Shown: positions 23,870-36,443, counted from the first letter of the stretch. The stretch is 64,000 nt of DNA from Camelus ferus (GCF_009834535.1 NC_045697.1:65412001-65476000), one strand, 5' to 3'. The notes: a model not told the origin generated them from the sequence alone. A program made the numbers and translations.

Positions 23870-24066
23870 TTAGGAGTTAAGTAGAGTCAGACTGGTAGGC
23901 TCCATCAATTACTTGCTCTAAGTAGGGATAACAGTTATACCTACAATCACAAGGAGTACTTAAAACCTACTTCACAAGGTCGTTAAGAGAATTCAGTTAG
24001 CAATCAGGTAATAATTACAAAGAGCACAGCACAGTGCCTAAATATATTAAGTGCTTAATTAACATT
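23870..24066 (+). mobile_element. MIR SINE
   Basis: gagtcagactgg...acctacttcacaaggtcgttaagagaatt...agcacagcacagtgcct...aagtgcttaat. Confidence 0.7.
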
Positions 24067-24094
24067 ACATACTACTTTATTCTTTATTATATAT

Positions 24095-24350
24095 AGTTTT
24101 TAAAGTAAAAATGGAATCATTCTATATAGAGTGATTTTGTACTCAGTGAAATACCATCTTTTATTTCCAAATAGCACTTACAGACCTCATCCATTCATTC
24201 AGTAAACGTCTTGAAGTGCTTACTCTGTGCCTTTATAGCATTTACATTCTACTTACTCTTTCTATGACTGCATAGTATCCTATAGTGTTTACATTAATTA
24301 TTTAGTCTTTCTCCTAATAATACATATTTGAATGGTCTGTAGTTTTTGTT
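24095..24350 (-). mobile_element. L1ME 3' UTR fragment
   Basis: aaaatggaatcattctatata...tgactgcatagtatcctatagtg...attatttagtc...catatttgaatggt. Confidence 0.6.
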
Positions 24351-24351
24351 C

Positions 24352-24389
<38 letters not shown>
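24352..24389. repeat. compound (TA)n(CA)n microsatellite
   Basis: Seen directly. Confidence 0.95.
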
Positions 24390-24639
24390 TTTCCTTGCAG
24401 AATAATCTAACGCAAATTGAAATTGGAAGTAGTAATAATATTGTCTGTTTTTCCAAATACTTTTAAGTCAATCATGACATTTAAAGCCATAGTTTGCAGT
24501 ATTTTCCAAAGGTAATATTTATCTGTCCAGCTGATTTTCTATATGATATCTATTTTTAAAGTTACTAGTGTATATATTCAGTAGATAGGAGTTATTTTGT
24601 AACCCCACTTTAATGAAAGTAACTAAAGAAGTAGGATTT

Positions 24640-24932
24640 GAGAGGAATCAGCTGTCTTGCTTCTGAACCCAGAGACAAAATTTGTTTTAGGTAATGAAAG
24701 GCAATAAATCTCGCTCAAAGACAAAACAATTTAATAGCCAAAGAGAGTCCTGGAAATATTTGAGTTCCTATTTCCAATTGATTTTAAGTCCTAGCTGAAT
24801 CCTGGCAAACTTGTGCACAAGTTTTTTAAGCCCTTTCTTATATTCTCTCAGTCAATAAATTGCTTTTCTTTATCCTAAGGAATTTCAAGTTTGCTTTCAG
24901 TAACTTACAGTCAAAGGAGTCTAGTGTATATC
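24640..24932 (+). mobile_element. old MaLR LTR 3' part (MLT1J/K/L-like)
   Basis: agtcaataaattgcttttc...taag...aagtttgctttcagtaacttacagtcaaaggagtct is the MLT1 polyA/U5 end. Confidence 0.6.
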
Positions 24933-24972
24933 ATATGTTTTGCTATAATTCAGGATATTAAAATTAAGGCAG

Positions 24973-25077
24973 GGAGGGGAGTATAGCTCAGTGGTGAGTG
25001 CATGCTTAGGATGCATGAGGTGCTGGGTTCAATCCCCAGTACCTCCATTAACAACAACAAAAAAAATAAAGGAAAGG
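24973..25077 (+). mobile_element. tRNA-Ala-derived camelid SINE (Vic-1 type) with TSD
   Basis: gtatagctcagtggtgagtgcatgcttaggatgcatgaggtgctgggttcaatccccagtacctcca plus an A-rich tail. TSD aaattaaggcag (24961-24972) / aaatttaggcag (25078-25089) at a TT/AAAA site. Confidence 0.9.
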
Positions 25078-25723
25078 AAATTTAGGCAGAAATAGAGATT
25101 TATATATATTCCTTATAGTATCTACAAGAGTATAATATCTACAAGTTCATGAGGAAATTCATTTTAATGTCATATTAATTGAAGACATTCCAATGAAATA
25201 TCACAATGTTAGAAAACACATTAGGAGACATACACTAGTGAAGAGGCACAGGACTGTACGTTCTAGAGTGTAGATTCTGTCCAGACCATCCTTTGAAAAC
25301 GGCTTCTTGGTCAAGCCGATTATAGCTTTCTTGTTTTCTTGGACCCAGGGTCTAGGACTGGAACTCCTCTAATGAGAAACCTTTTCTTCCTAAGGCCTTT
25401 TCTTCTCCACAGGGAATTAATCACACACTCTTCATAAGTCTTTGCCTCAAACAATCGCATTTGATGTGCTGCTATCACCACCAGTCAGAACTAAATGTAA
25501 TAGAAATGGCTGCAACAAAACTGTTGTTGATAAAAGATGCTTTGTTCCTGAAGATTAGACAATTCAGTCACCACGTATTTGATGATAACAATGATGATCT
25601 GTTTGCTGTTAGCATCTGGGTTTCTGACACAAATTTCAGGTAGGACTCTCATCCATCTTTTTTTCTAGGGAATGAACAACTTTCTGGGAAGTCTTCTGAA
25701 ATTTTCTATAACTTATTCTAGAG

Positions 25724-25871
25724 TAGTGCTTTTTAAACTTTAATGTGCAGATGAACTGTTCCAGGATCTTGTAAAATGCACATTCTGATTTAGAAGGTGT
25801 AGAATGGAGTTTGAAATTCTGCCAAGTGATGCTGATGCTGCTGGTTTACAGACTACACTTTGATTAGAAAG
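25724..25871. mobile_element. MER5B (hAT-Charlie) with perfect 8-bp TSD
   Basis: tagtgctttttaaacttt...gatgctgctggt...cagactacactttgattagaaag, flanked by ttctagag at 25716-25723 and 25872-25879. Confidence 0.88.
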
Positions 25872-26644
25872 TTCTAGAGAATTTCTTATTTAGTGGTCCT
25901 GTACAGCACTCTAACGTAATGTCAGAGTGGCACAGACCTTTTAGTGTAGCTCTCTCCTACAGAACAGTAGCTCCCTGCCACATACTTAAAATATGTATAT
26001 AATATAAAAAATTTTATATATATATATAAAACATACGGTGTCAAATTCAGAATCTTTTTTCTAATCCTCCTCTTCTGGGAATTGAAGCATAAATTGATTA
26101 ATCCCTATGATATGGGCATGCTTCTCATACCACTAATGCTGTCCTCTGTGAAGACTGTACATCAGATACCCAACAGGATGAGAAAAGAAAACCAATTTTT
26201 TATGTGTGGCTGTAAGTGCATAGAAAAGTATATTTCCATTATGCATTATCTTTTGGATTTATCTTACATGAACCTTGAAAATAGGAAATACTTGTAAAGA
26301 AACATTTCTAATTAATGTTATTGAACTTTTACATTTGACTTCTCCCAATCTGAAAATTTTACATATAAGCCAATACAATGTCATCTTCTTTTCAGTTTTC
26401 TACAGACAGTTAAGTCTTATACAAATAGGACCTCACTAATCTAGTGATTATAATAATAATGGCACCATCTCTTGTAGGGCAAAATGTATCTTTTTCTGTT
26501 TGGAAGTGCCATGCCCAGACAACATTAACTGGAACTTTAGATGCAGCCCTGCTGTTAGTCATAGACTCTGCCAAAAGTCTGTACACATAAGGGGTAATCA
26601 GAGGACATGCATTCCATTGATGTGGACATGTTAGCACGTAATGT

Positions 26645-27032
26645 CTTTGCTTCAGGGAATTGATAACAGGATGTAGAATGTAGCTCTTCTAGGTCACTTT
26701 GAATCCAGCCCAAGTTGGTTGTGATTAACACTGCTAACATCAACAGCTGTTCTAGGACTAATATGAAATATGGAATGGTCTCAGTCTAGTTCACTCGTGA
26801 CAAGTACCCACACTGGAAAATCATCACCATCATTAGCGCCCTTGTGGGCAGCATTAGGAGTCTGAATGGTTTTGAAACCGAATGCCAGACCTCCCAGAGA
26901 TGAAGCCCTGTGACAGTAAGTCAGGTTCACTGAAGACTTGTTATGAGAAAAACGGTTGCACTCCTTATGTGGCATCTGCTCTCTAAATGATATGATTAGA
27001 TCTCCAGGGCAATTTATGTGAACCACTAAACT
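26645..27032 (+). mobile_element. LF-SINE (LFSINE_Vert)-like element, near full length
   Basis: Colinear blocks match the recalled LF-SINE consensus: tcagggaattgataacaggat; tctaggtcact; gaatccagcccaagttggttgtga; cagctgttc; tggtctcagtctagttc; gacaagtacccaca; attagcgcccttgtgggcag; ctgaatgg; ttgcact; tctccagggc; cactaaa. Confidence 0.8.
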
Positions 27033-27959
27033 GGCCATAAAATACCATAAACTTATGACACGTTATTAGTTCTCCCCATTTGACACACATAAACATCTAT
27101 TAAAGGTAGAGACTCTGGGGTTTTAAGGGACTTAATTCTAATCCTACCACTAATAGTATTAGGTCTTAGGATGAATGGGCTTGCCCTTTACGTAGGCAGT
27201 GTAGTGTCGGCCAGAATCTTGACCTGTTCTTAACTTCTGGCCTTTAATTGCTGGTTTTTGTAAATAGTCAGTCATGTTATGTTTTCTAATGTAGCCATGT
27301 ACTGATTTAATTGAAGACTACAAAATACTTCTGATCGTTTTCATCTAGGATATCAATTATTCACATTTGCAAACAATATGTATAATTTATGTCATTCAGT
27401 AAATATAACCACATCATGCAGCAATTTCTAAAGAATGCATTATTAGCAATCGCTATAGTTTAAAAATCTAGTGCAGGGTCACATACCTCAGTGGAAAGGA
27501 GTCGCTCTGACACCTTAGGCATCTCAGTAGCAATGTGAATCTTCTAATAGCAGGAAGATGGATTTACCCCCATGTTGAGGTGAGAGGTAGTAACTTGGGT
27601 GTGGGGTGGAAGGAATGAACCACACACCTGTCTAGGCACCCTCAGTTACACACTAATCAATTAAAGGAGCCAGGTTATCTCTGTAAAATTGGAATATTCT
27701 GTCATTTGATGATTTTACAATCCATCATATTTTATATTGTCATAGGCATAGTTATTGAGGATAGGCAATGAAAATCTAGCATAAAAATGCCATAGAGCAA
27801 CAATGACAACAATAGTAACAACAAGAAAAGCTTGTGCCCACCTCCAACAGAGTATAAACCAGTCTGAAGATTTCTGAAGGGTAATCCTTGAGCATTAAGC
27901 TTTTAAAAATCAGAGACATATGTTTTGCTTCTTCTTTTCCTCTGACCTTTATCATCAAA

Positions 27960-28900
27960 GCTATTTTTTATTCTAAAATATTTCAAACATATATATATAT
28001 ATATAAAATAGAAAAATATAGCACACATTCATATATTTGCTACCAAGATTACACAGATATTAACATTTGTGATATTTACTTTAAATGAAAATAAAATTGC
28101 AGATATGTGGAAGTCCACTTGTCTCTTTTCCTTCTCCTCATCTTTCATTGTAGAGGAATTTGATGTATTTTATTTATATGCAGTTTTTTGAACTTTTATT
28201 CCATTTTGTATACCCAAAATTATGCCATTATATTATTTTAAGAATTTATGGCAATAATATTCTATGTTTTTAAGGGTTTTTTTTTTTTTGGCCTCAACAT
28301 TATATATTTAAGACATTCATTTTAATGTATGTAGCTCTATTTCATTCATTTACACTGTCATATAACATTCCCTTGGATGAATAAGCAGCATACATCACAG
28401 CTTTATGTTAATTAGATCCTGCAGAAGACTAATTAGGTTGTTTTTCTTTTCTACTAAAGCAAGTAATACTTCAATGAACATCACAATATATGTCTCCTCA
28501 GACATATGTGTGGGATTTTATCTAGAATAGAGACTTACAAGTGGAGCTGCTGACAGTAATTTATGGGCATATTCAGATCTACTAAGTGTTGCCAAATTGC
28601 TCTCCAAAGTGTTTGTACCAATTAACACTTCCAATAGCAGTGGTTCCCGTGTTGCCTCATTGTAACCAACTCTTGGTATTGTTTAAAAAAAAAAAAAGAT
28701 AATATGATTGTAAACTGGCATCTCATTTGTTTTAATTTCTCTTTCCCTGAAATATCAGTAAGAACTTTGAACAACATTCCATATTTCATTAGCCAGTAGG
28801 GTTGCTTTTCCATATCCAGGTCTTTTCTGTTTACTGGTTTGGCTCTTTCATTTTATTTGAAGTAGTTTAACTATTTCAGTGTCAATTATTTTGAGTTAAA
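27960..28900 (-). mobile_element. L1ME/L1MC 3' region
   Basis: aaatatttcaaacata...tgtagctctatttcattcatttacactg...aagtggagctgctg...ttgccaaattgctctccaaagtgtttgtaccaattaacacttcc. Confidence 0.8.
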
Positions 28901-30129
28901 TTACTTGTAACTCTCAGGATGAACCTTTTCTCAAAGACATGGCATCTAAAAATTTTTCTAAGCAATTAAAGCCTTCACTTACTTTCTGAAGGTGTGGAGA
29001 TAAGGGTGTAGCCGACAAATTTTGAGTCACAACATTCAGCAAAACTTCTTTAAAGTTCTGTTCATGCTTTTACTTTCCCCAAAGCCCCACTTATTCGAGC
29101 TCAGTTGCTATCTCTTTTTCTCCCTGAATATACTTCCTCTTTTTTCACTTTCACGGTTCCCTTTCTTCCCCATCTGTGTTTCCCTCTTAAAACCAATTAC
29201 TGATGCCTGTTGTCTCCTCAACCCAAACACATTTGCATCTTCTCTTCCTTCAGAAACATTTGGCCCCTTCTAATATTAATGAGTGTTTTCAGTTATCTAC
29301 CCTGGTTGTTAATTAATTGGAGGCTAAAGGGCCCCGAATCCTAGGTATAGGTTAAGCAGGCAGCGAATGGAACAAGCTGCAAATACTCATGTTAACGTTC
29401 TCCCTGTCACACTCTAATCACAAATTTTCCGTCTTCATTCTGAATTTAGAGTATCCAACTTTGTTTGTTATACCTCTGCTTGGGGTTGTTGCCCTCATCC
29501 TTCTAGTTTTATAAATTCTGTCCTTGAAAACATATTCATCTCTGGGAACTACATTGCTTTCCCCATGGAATTCACACTTTTCAATTTTTGTGTGCAAATT
29601 ACTAAACTATTGATTCTTTAAAAAAATAATTTTAAGTAATTTACCAGATTAATTAAATCTGCATCACTACTAGGGCATAGATTAATATCCAGTTTTATCT
29701 TTCTTTTTAACTATTTCTCAGTTTATAAATGCATAAAGTTATCTATATTAGACATATTTATTCATATATTGCAAATATGGCAAAAAACAGTTGATCAATT
29801 TTTTAAGTATGTTTTCCATGCTAAGGAAACAGTATGTTAGGTATGTATCATTTGTTTACCATTACTTATTTCAAATGAAAAAAACAATTGTTGAAACAGC
29901 TTTCATCTGTGATGATTTTCAAGATCATATTATTTTCATAATTGGTAATTATCTTAAGAATTTGTCTTAATTTGGATATGGAATTTGCTAAATTTATCTT
30001 TGCACTACCTATTCAAACGATGTTGCTAAGCAAATTAAGGACCACTGTTAAAAGACATTTCTTTTCAATATACTAATAAGAAGAATTTTTTAAAAATCTC
30101 ACCATTCTTAAATCTTGTAATGGGTACAG

Positions 30130-30665
30130 GTTACCTGTAAGATAACAGTCAGGCTCCTTAGTGTGACATACAGTGATAGCATTATCTGAGCTCTTCCTCC
30201 TCTTTCCCAATTTCTTACTACTCCCTTACTCACAGTGTATTTAATGACAGAAGTAAATGTGATGTAATTGTTTATAATAATGACATAATTTCTTGCCTTG
30301 CTGTCTGATTATACTCTTTTTTTTCTGTCTGGCATGGCATTACTTCTTTTGTTTGCTGGTCTAAATTATACATACCTAAAAGATTCAGTTTGTGTATCAG
30401 TTGACAACTGCAGGAAGGCTTCTTTGTCCAGTACTTTTTAAACTGAGTTAGGTTTTGAGGTTGATTTTCTTCCTATCTTCCCAGTTATGCCAAATATATT
30501 TCTTTTTTAATATCCTCATTATTCTGGACACATATAAGTCTGTTTTACTAATTAGACTACAAGACCTTTAATTTTAGAGACTGAATTTAATTATTTTCAT
30601 ATGCTAAGTACTTAGCACAATGTCTGGCATGTATGTTCAATGAGTGCTTTGTGCAATGAACTGAA
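30130..30665 (+). mobile_element. L2 3' region
   Basis: gtcaggctccttagtgtgacatac...caggaaggcttc...attagactacaag...tacttagcacaatgtctggcatgta...caatgagtgc. Confidence 0.7.
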
Positions 30666-31671
30666 TTATTCTGTGCCTCTTATATATGGTTGATGTATAA
30701 AATGCCAATTACTTTTTTCTTTTCTTTGAAACAAGCCACGCAAAATTTCAACTAAACAGAAATTTCGTATGTTTTAATAAAGGTCATAATGTATTAAAAT
30801 ACAATCGAAAGCATGTATATTCTTTTTAAATATTCTGTAAAGGATCTATTTTTTAGTTTTCAAATGGTCAGTTCTTCCATTTAATTGGAGCTAATGCAGT
30901 GGGTTCTTTTAACATTAATTCTGAGCTAGATATATGTACAAAATGTTTCCCCTAGGCAACAAGTAGAAATTACTAGCCTAAGTAAATTCTCTTTCCTTAA
31001 ATGTGTTCCCTACTTCAAAAATTACAAGAATCGTGATTTAAAACATAATACTGAGAAACTTTAAAAGTGTTAGTAATGTAAACTGAAATTATCACTTAAG
31101 AAAATTACATCTTTCTATTGAAAATTTCCTTTGAAGCCTACTAATGTAGTTAAAGGTTATTCAGTAGCACATAAAATAGATCTGTAAAATATACAGGTCA
31201 AGTTGATGTTTCTTCTCTGATAGAATTGCCTGGAATTCGCCCTGGTTCCCATCCTATACTAGCCTATTATCTATAGATTTTGGGGGTGGGGGGCCTATCT
31301 GCACATGTCTGTTTCCTTTGATGGTCCCTAAAATGGCTTTAAATTAATGCACTCCACATCTGCTGCATTGCAAATTCACTTTTAAAACCCAAGTGGTCAA
31401 AACGCTCTGTATCCTAACCAAAGATTTAAACTCATATTTCTGATAAGAAATTGAATATTTTCAGTGGAGAAATTATGATCCATCATTGATCATGTAATGT
31501 TCTTGGTAGTTTCCATTTATGATATATATGTTTATAATTCTGTATAATGAACTCACTAAAAGAAATACATTTGTTTAATCATGACTGCTGGAAAATGTTA
31601 AACATCTCAGAATTCTTAAAGGTGCTTTGGAAGTTCTCTTCTTTGCAGTATTTAAGGGGAAATTGCTGATC

Positions 31672-32935
31672 TTTTTTTTAACATTTTTTATTGACTTATA
31701 ATCATTTTACAATGTTGTGTCAAATTCCACTGTAGAGCACAATTTTTCAGTTATTCATGAACATATATATATTCATTGTCATATTTTTTTCTCTGTGAGC
31801 TACCATAAGATCTTGTGTATATTTCCCTGTGCTATACAGTATAATCTTGTTTATCTATTCTACAATTTTGAAATCCTGTCTATCCCTTCCCACCCTCTGC
31901 CCCCTTGGCAACCACAAGTTTGTATTCTATGTCTATGAGTCTATTTCTGTTTTGTATTTATGCTTTGTTTTTTTGTTTTTGTTTTTGTTTTTTAGATTCC
32001 ACATATGAGCAATCTCATATGGTATTTTTCTTTCTCTTTCTGGCTTACTTCACTTAGAATGACATTCTCCAGGAGCATCCATGTTGCTGCAAATGGTGTT
32101 ATGTTGTCAGTTTTTATGGCTGAATAGTATTCCATTGTATAAATATACCACATCTTCTTTATCCAGTCATCTGTTGATGGACATTTAAGCTATTTCCATG
32201 TCTTGCCTATTGTAAATAGTGCTGCTATGAACCTTGGGGTGCAGGTGTCATCCTGAAGTAGGGTTCCTTCTGGATATAAGCCCAGGAGTGGGATTCCTGG
32301 GTCATACGGTAAGTCTATTCCTAGTCTTTTGAGGATTCTCCATACTGTTTTCCACAGTGGCTGCACCAAACTGCATTCCCACCAGCAGTGTAGGAGGGTT
32401 CCCCTTTCTCCACAGCCTCTCCAGCATTTGTCATTTGTGGATTTTAGAATGATGGCCATTCTGACTGGTGTGAGGTGATACCTCATTGTAGTTTTGATTT
32501 GCATTTCTCTGATAATTAGTGATATTCAGCATTTTTTCATGTGCTTATTGATCATTTGTATGTCTTCCTTGGAGAATTACTTGTTCAGGTCTTTTGCCCA
32601 TCTTTGGATTGGGTTGTTTGGTTGTTTCTTATTAAATCGTATGAGCTGCTTATATATTCTGGAGATCAAGCCTTTGTCGGTTTCATTTGCAAAGATTTTC
32701 TCCCATTCTGTAGGTTGTCTTTTTGTTTTACTTATGGTTTCCTTTGCTGTGCAGAAGCTTGTAAGTTTCATTAGGTCCCATTTGTTTATTCTTGCTTTTA
32801 TTTCTTCTAGGAGAAAATTTTTGACATGTATGTTGGGTAATGTTTTGCCTATATTTTCCTCTAGGAGGTTTATTGTATCTTGTCTTTGATCCATTTTGAG
32901 TTTATTTTTGTGTATGGTGTAAGGGAGTGTTCTAG
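31672..32935 (-). mobile_element. young 5'-truncated L1 (camelid type): ORF2 C-terminus plus 3' UTR
   Basis: Minus-strand ORFs encode L1 ORF2p segments ([18 protein letters not shown]...[23 protein letters not shown]...[18 protein letters not shown]) with frame breaks. Poly-T at the left end; TSD gctgatc(a)ttttt at 31665 and 32936. Confidence 0.96.
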
Positions 32936-33164
32936 GCTGATCATTTTTAAGGTTACAAAATAAATCAAATGCAGGGTTTTTTGTTGTTGTTGTTCTATAC
33001 AAAAGTTAAAAATGCATAGGTAAAACATGATTATTTTATGTCACTTGGTTTTTAGTACCTATTTTATAGCTTCTCTTAATATTTTGACATATAAGGCATT
33101 TTTCCCATTACATTAAGTTCTTGTGAAATGTAATTACCTTTTCCTATTCTCTGCTCCTAATTTA

Positions 33165-33310
33165 GAGAGCATTTTACAAGATAGAGCACTTTATATGTTC
33201 AGTGATGGATAGTATTGTCATTTTACACATGAGAAAACCAGAGCTGAGTAGTGATACAAAGGTTACTGAAACTGTATCTATTCTCAAAGACTGGATTATC
33301 CAACAATGAG
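33165..33310 (-). mobile_element. MIR fragment
   Basis: agagcactttatat...tattgtcattttacacatgagaaaaccagagct. Confidence 0.55.
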
Positions 33311-34222
33311 CTAATAACTAATAACTTTACTGCTAGTGGTGAGTGCTGTTTGAAAGAGCTAAACATCTAATGACTTGTTATAAATCATTTTATTTAAAAG
33401 GAAGTTATGCATTTATTTAAATGATGTACATGATATGAAAAAAAAGTTAGCTGTATGTTAGGAGAACAGGGTAAACAACTTAGGTATTCCATAGGCTGTT
33501 TTTGAGACAATATATACTTCTCTATTTTATATTGAAATAATGTAGATGATAGTGATATTCTTGGTATCTGGACAGATTATAATATATTGAATATTAGTAA
33601 CATGAAAGTCTTAGGGATTTTTACTGGTTCATACATGTGTGTTTAAACCACTCCATAAAGTGGCATTTATTATAGAGCAGCAAGTGGCAAAGACCAGAAT
33701 CATTTGTTTTTTGAGAAATATAGACCATTTATGTAACTACTTATAGATTGATTTTTTTCTAATGGAGATTTTCCAAAATTTAATCCCAAGAAATCTCATG
33801 TAGACCTTACCAAAAGATATATCCTCCCAGAATACTCAAAGTTTTCAATTGAAAATGTCAAATGTACGAACATTGAGAAAGCTTAATGTCCATATAATAA
33901 TCTACAAAAATTTAATTCAGTTGTAATCCTAACTGTCCTTATGATTATTATTTTCCTTATATTTTATAAAAACTTATCACCTCATTCATGTGGGTTTCTG
34001 AGCAACTGGTGTAATAATTTTACATTTGAACCAGTTGATATGTGACTATGTCATTAGCTCAGTAAAAAACTACAGATCTCTAGCAAAGCCATTGATTTAA
34101 TCACCATGTTTAGCTATAGCTCCCATGTCCTAAATCATACTGCGTTTTTAATAGAAAAGTATAGGCAATAATTATGTCAATCATAGTTTTTTACACTAGC
34201 AAATTTTGTAAACCAGGAACTT

Positions 34223-34395
34223 ATAGATGGATCAAAGTTTTTAGAACTTGACGCATAATAAATCTGGGTGCTCCCTTTAAGAAGAAAAATTAACTATTAT
34301 GAATCCAAGTTAGGTATGAGAATCTTTGCAGGAACCAATGAGAATCAAGGACCCCAAAGCTTAAGCTTCATTAAACTTGGTAAATTTCTCTATAC
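34223..34395. mobile_element. MER96B-like hAT-Tip100 element
   Basis: ggatc...ccctttaagaagaaaaat...ttatgaatccaagttaggta...ccccaaagcttaagcttcatta...ggtaaat. Confidence 0.7.
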
Positions 34396-34457
34396 CAATG
34401 CTAGAGAAAGAAATAAATTTTTATTTTTGATAATTTGATGCTTTTTTAGAAGCTTAC

Positions 34458-34942
34458 TATTGAGGACTGTGAAGGGTTGATTTTCACCTTACTTGCAAAC
34501 TATCACATGAGCCTTCCACAATTTTATGGATACTGGTAAGGGACACAGAATTTTTGGGTTAGAGACAAAGGAATTTATTGCTGCAGTACAAGAGGTATAA
34601 GATTCAGGTATGCCCCAATACCCCTGTCACCCCCTTACCCCACCAGGTTCCATGGAGTTTACACTGAGGGACCCAGGTGAAGGCTGAATACACAATAGAT
34701 TCGCATCATAGCTGAAGAGTCCCTAACAGTAAGCCTGGCTAGTCTTTGCCCTGTGGGGAAACATTATCTTTATTATACTATAAGCAAACTTACCTTTGCT
34801 CTGGAGTGAGACCCTCGGTTTTCTAAGACTGTTCTCTATAGTAATGTCCTTTAGAAGATAGTCTAGAATGAAAGGGCCGTTTTTACCTCTGTTCACAAGT
34901 TAACACAAATAAGTGAGATTCCTAGAGAGCAGTCTCCCAAAA
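34458..34942 (-). mobile_element. ERVL solo LTR (LTR40a-like)
   Basis: gactgtgaagggttgattttcaccttacttgcaa at one end and tctcccaa at the other; internal agagacaaaggaatttattgct (reverse polyA region) and acattatctttattatact. Confidence 0.8.
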
Positions 34943-35160
34943 CTATGGCCAAGCAAATCAGAGGATGTTTTCATGACTTGTAAACTATTTTAAGGAAAGT
35001 TTTCTATTTAAACTAGTATATACACCTAGTTAAAAAATAATCCAGTATTACAAAACGGTTTGCTTGTAAAAAGCACCAACACCCCCAGCCTCTACTTTCC
35101 TGCTCCTCAGAAGGAAACATGGTTAACTATTTAGTTGTTAGTTTTCTGGTTGGTTATCTC

Positions 35161-35812
35161 CAGTGATGTGCTGGTAAATATTTAACAATCAGCTCTTCAA
35201 GTTTGGTTCAAGTTTATTGGCTGATATTCCCATTTATATAAATAATATGAAAATAAAACAACAAATTTCATTGTTCATTAATCATGGGATTTTGGGGGGG
35301 CTAAAATGGATACCAGGTTTTAAACATTAGATTATTTCCTCAGGGTTTTTTTGTGCTATTTACAGTTTAATAGCTATACTAATGGCACACTTTTAAACTT
35401 AACTGCCATCACTGACATTTTCCATTAGTTTCTTAAATCTAGAAAATCAATAAAACAATAAATCAAGCCCTGATATGTAGCACTCACTGGTATCTGTGGT
35501 ATATTCTTGTCATGACTGGTTTCAACCATGATACCAACATGACATCACTGAGCAGAGTCAAGAGGAAATGTGCAGTAACACTATTATGTGGTATTCTGGA
35601 AATAATCTCAAGAGCCTAGATGAAAGTACGATATATAGTAAAGTAATTTGGAAACAAATTTTGAGTATTTATTAGCTTTGCTCATAATGTATTTTTAGAA
35701 GTTTTTATAGTTTTATTTTTAATAATGGATGTGTTTAACAACCAGCTTACAAAATTCCTGAAAATTTACTGGGTCTTGCAAGTTTGTACAGGCTGGCTCC
35801 ATCACATCACCA
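35161..35812 (-). mobile_element. MER63 (long form, hAT-Blackjack)
   Basis: TIRs cagtgatgtgctggtaaatatttaacaa and ggctccatcacatcacca; internal aaatcaagccctgat and tttaacaaccagcttacaaaattcctgaaaattta. Confidence 0.85.
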
Positions 35813-35938
35813 GTTAGTTTCATGTCTCTAACCAATATATGTATCGTTCTTTTTAATTTATTAATTCTAGACCTTGTCTACCGATTATCCATGATAATAG
35901 ATGAGAATTTAACTCATTTATATTACTTCCCCTTGCCC

Positions 35939-36443
35939 TATGGTAGCTGGCTTCCAACATGGTCCCGAGAGAGACTTTCTTCATTTCAGCAATTTGTGTA
36001 TTCTGCTCCCTCATTGAATAGGTCTGATCTGTGTAATTAATAGAATTTTGAGAAAATGATGGTGTGTAACTTTTAACATTAGGTCCAAAAATAACTTGTA
36101 GCTTCTGCCTTTCTCTCTTGAATCACTTGTTCTGGGGAGAGCTAGCCTCGTGAGGACACTCAGGCAAGCCCTGTGGAGATACCATGTGGACCTGAGACCT
36201 TCTGCCAACAAGGCAGCATGAGGTTGCCAGCCATATGAATAACCTATTTTGGAAGCAAATCCTCCCGTGGCAGGCTTTGAATGCTTGCAGCCCCAGATAC
36301 ATGAGAGATAAGAGAACCAGAACTACCTAGATAAACTACTCTCAGATTTTTGTACCACAAAAGTTATGAGATGATAAGTGTTTGTTGTTCTAAGCCACTA
36401 AGTTTGGGGGTAATTTGTTATTGAGTAATGGAAAACTAATAAA
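35939..36443 (+). mobile_element. MaLR LTR (MLT1F-like)
   Basis: gatggtgtgtaactt...gcttctgcctt...tggggagagctagc...ttggaagcaaatcctcc...ttgttgttctaagccactaagtttggggtaatttgtta...aactaata. Confidence 0.85.

Noticed and set aside
25580..25627. C/D box snoRNA (ATGATGA...CTGA)
   Set aside because: Boxes are too close together (under 50 nt), with no terminal stem or recognisable guide.
32190..33002. Protein-coding gene from the longest protein-like ORFs
   Set aside because: These are broken L1 ORF2p fragments inside a 5'-truncated insertion; the overlapping + ORFs are antisense shadows.
34045..34125. Second MamSINE1/tRNA-like relic (ttagctcagt...gatttaatcaccatg)
   Set aside because: Similarity is too weak to call by eye.
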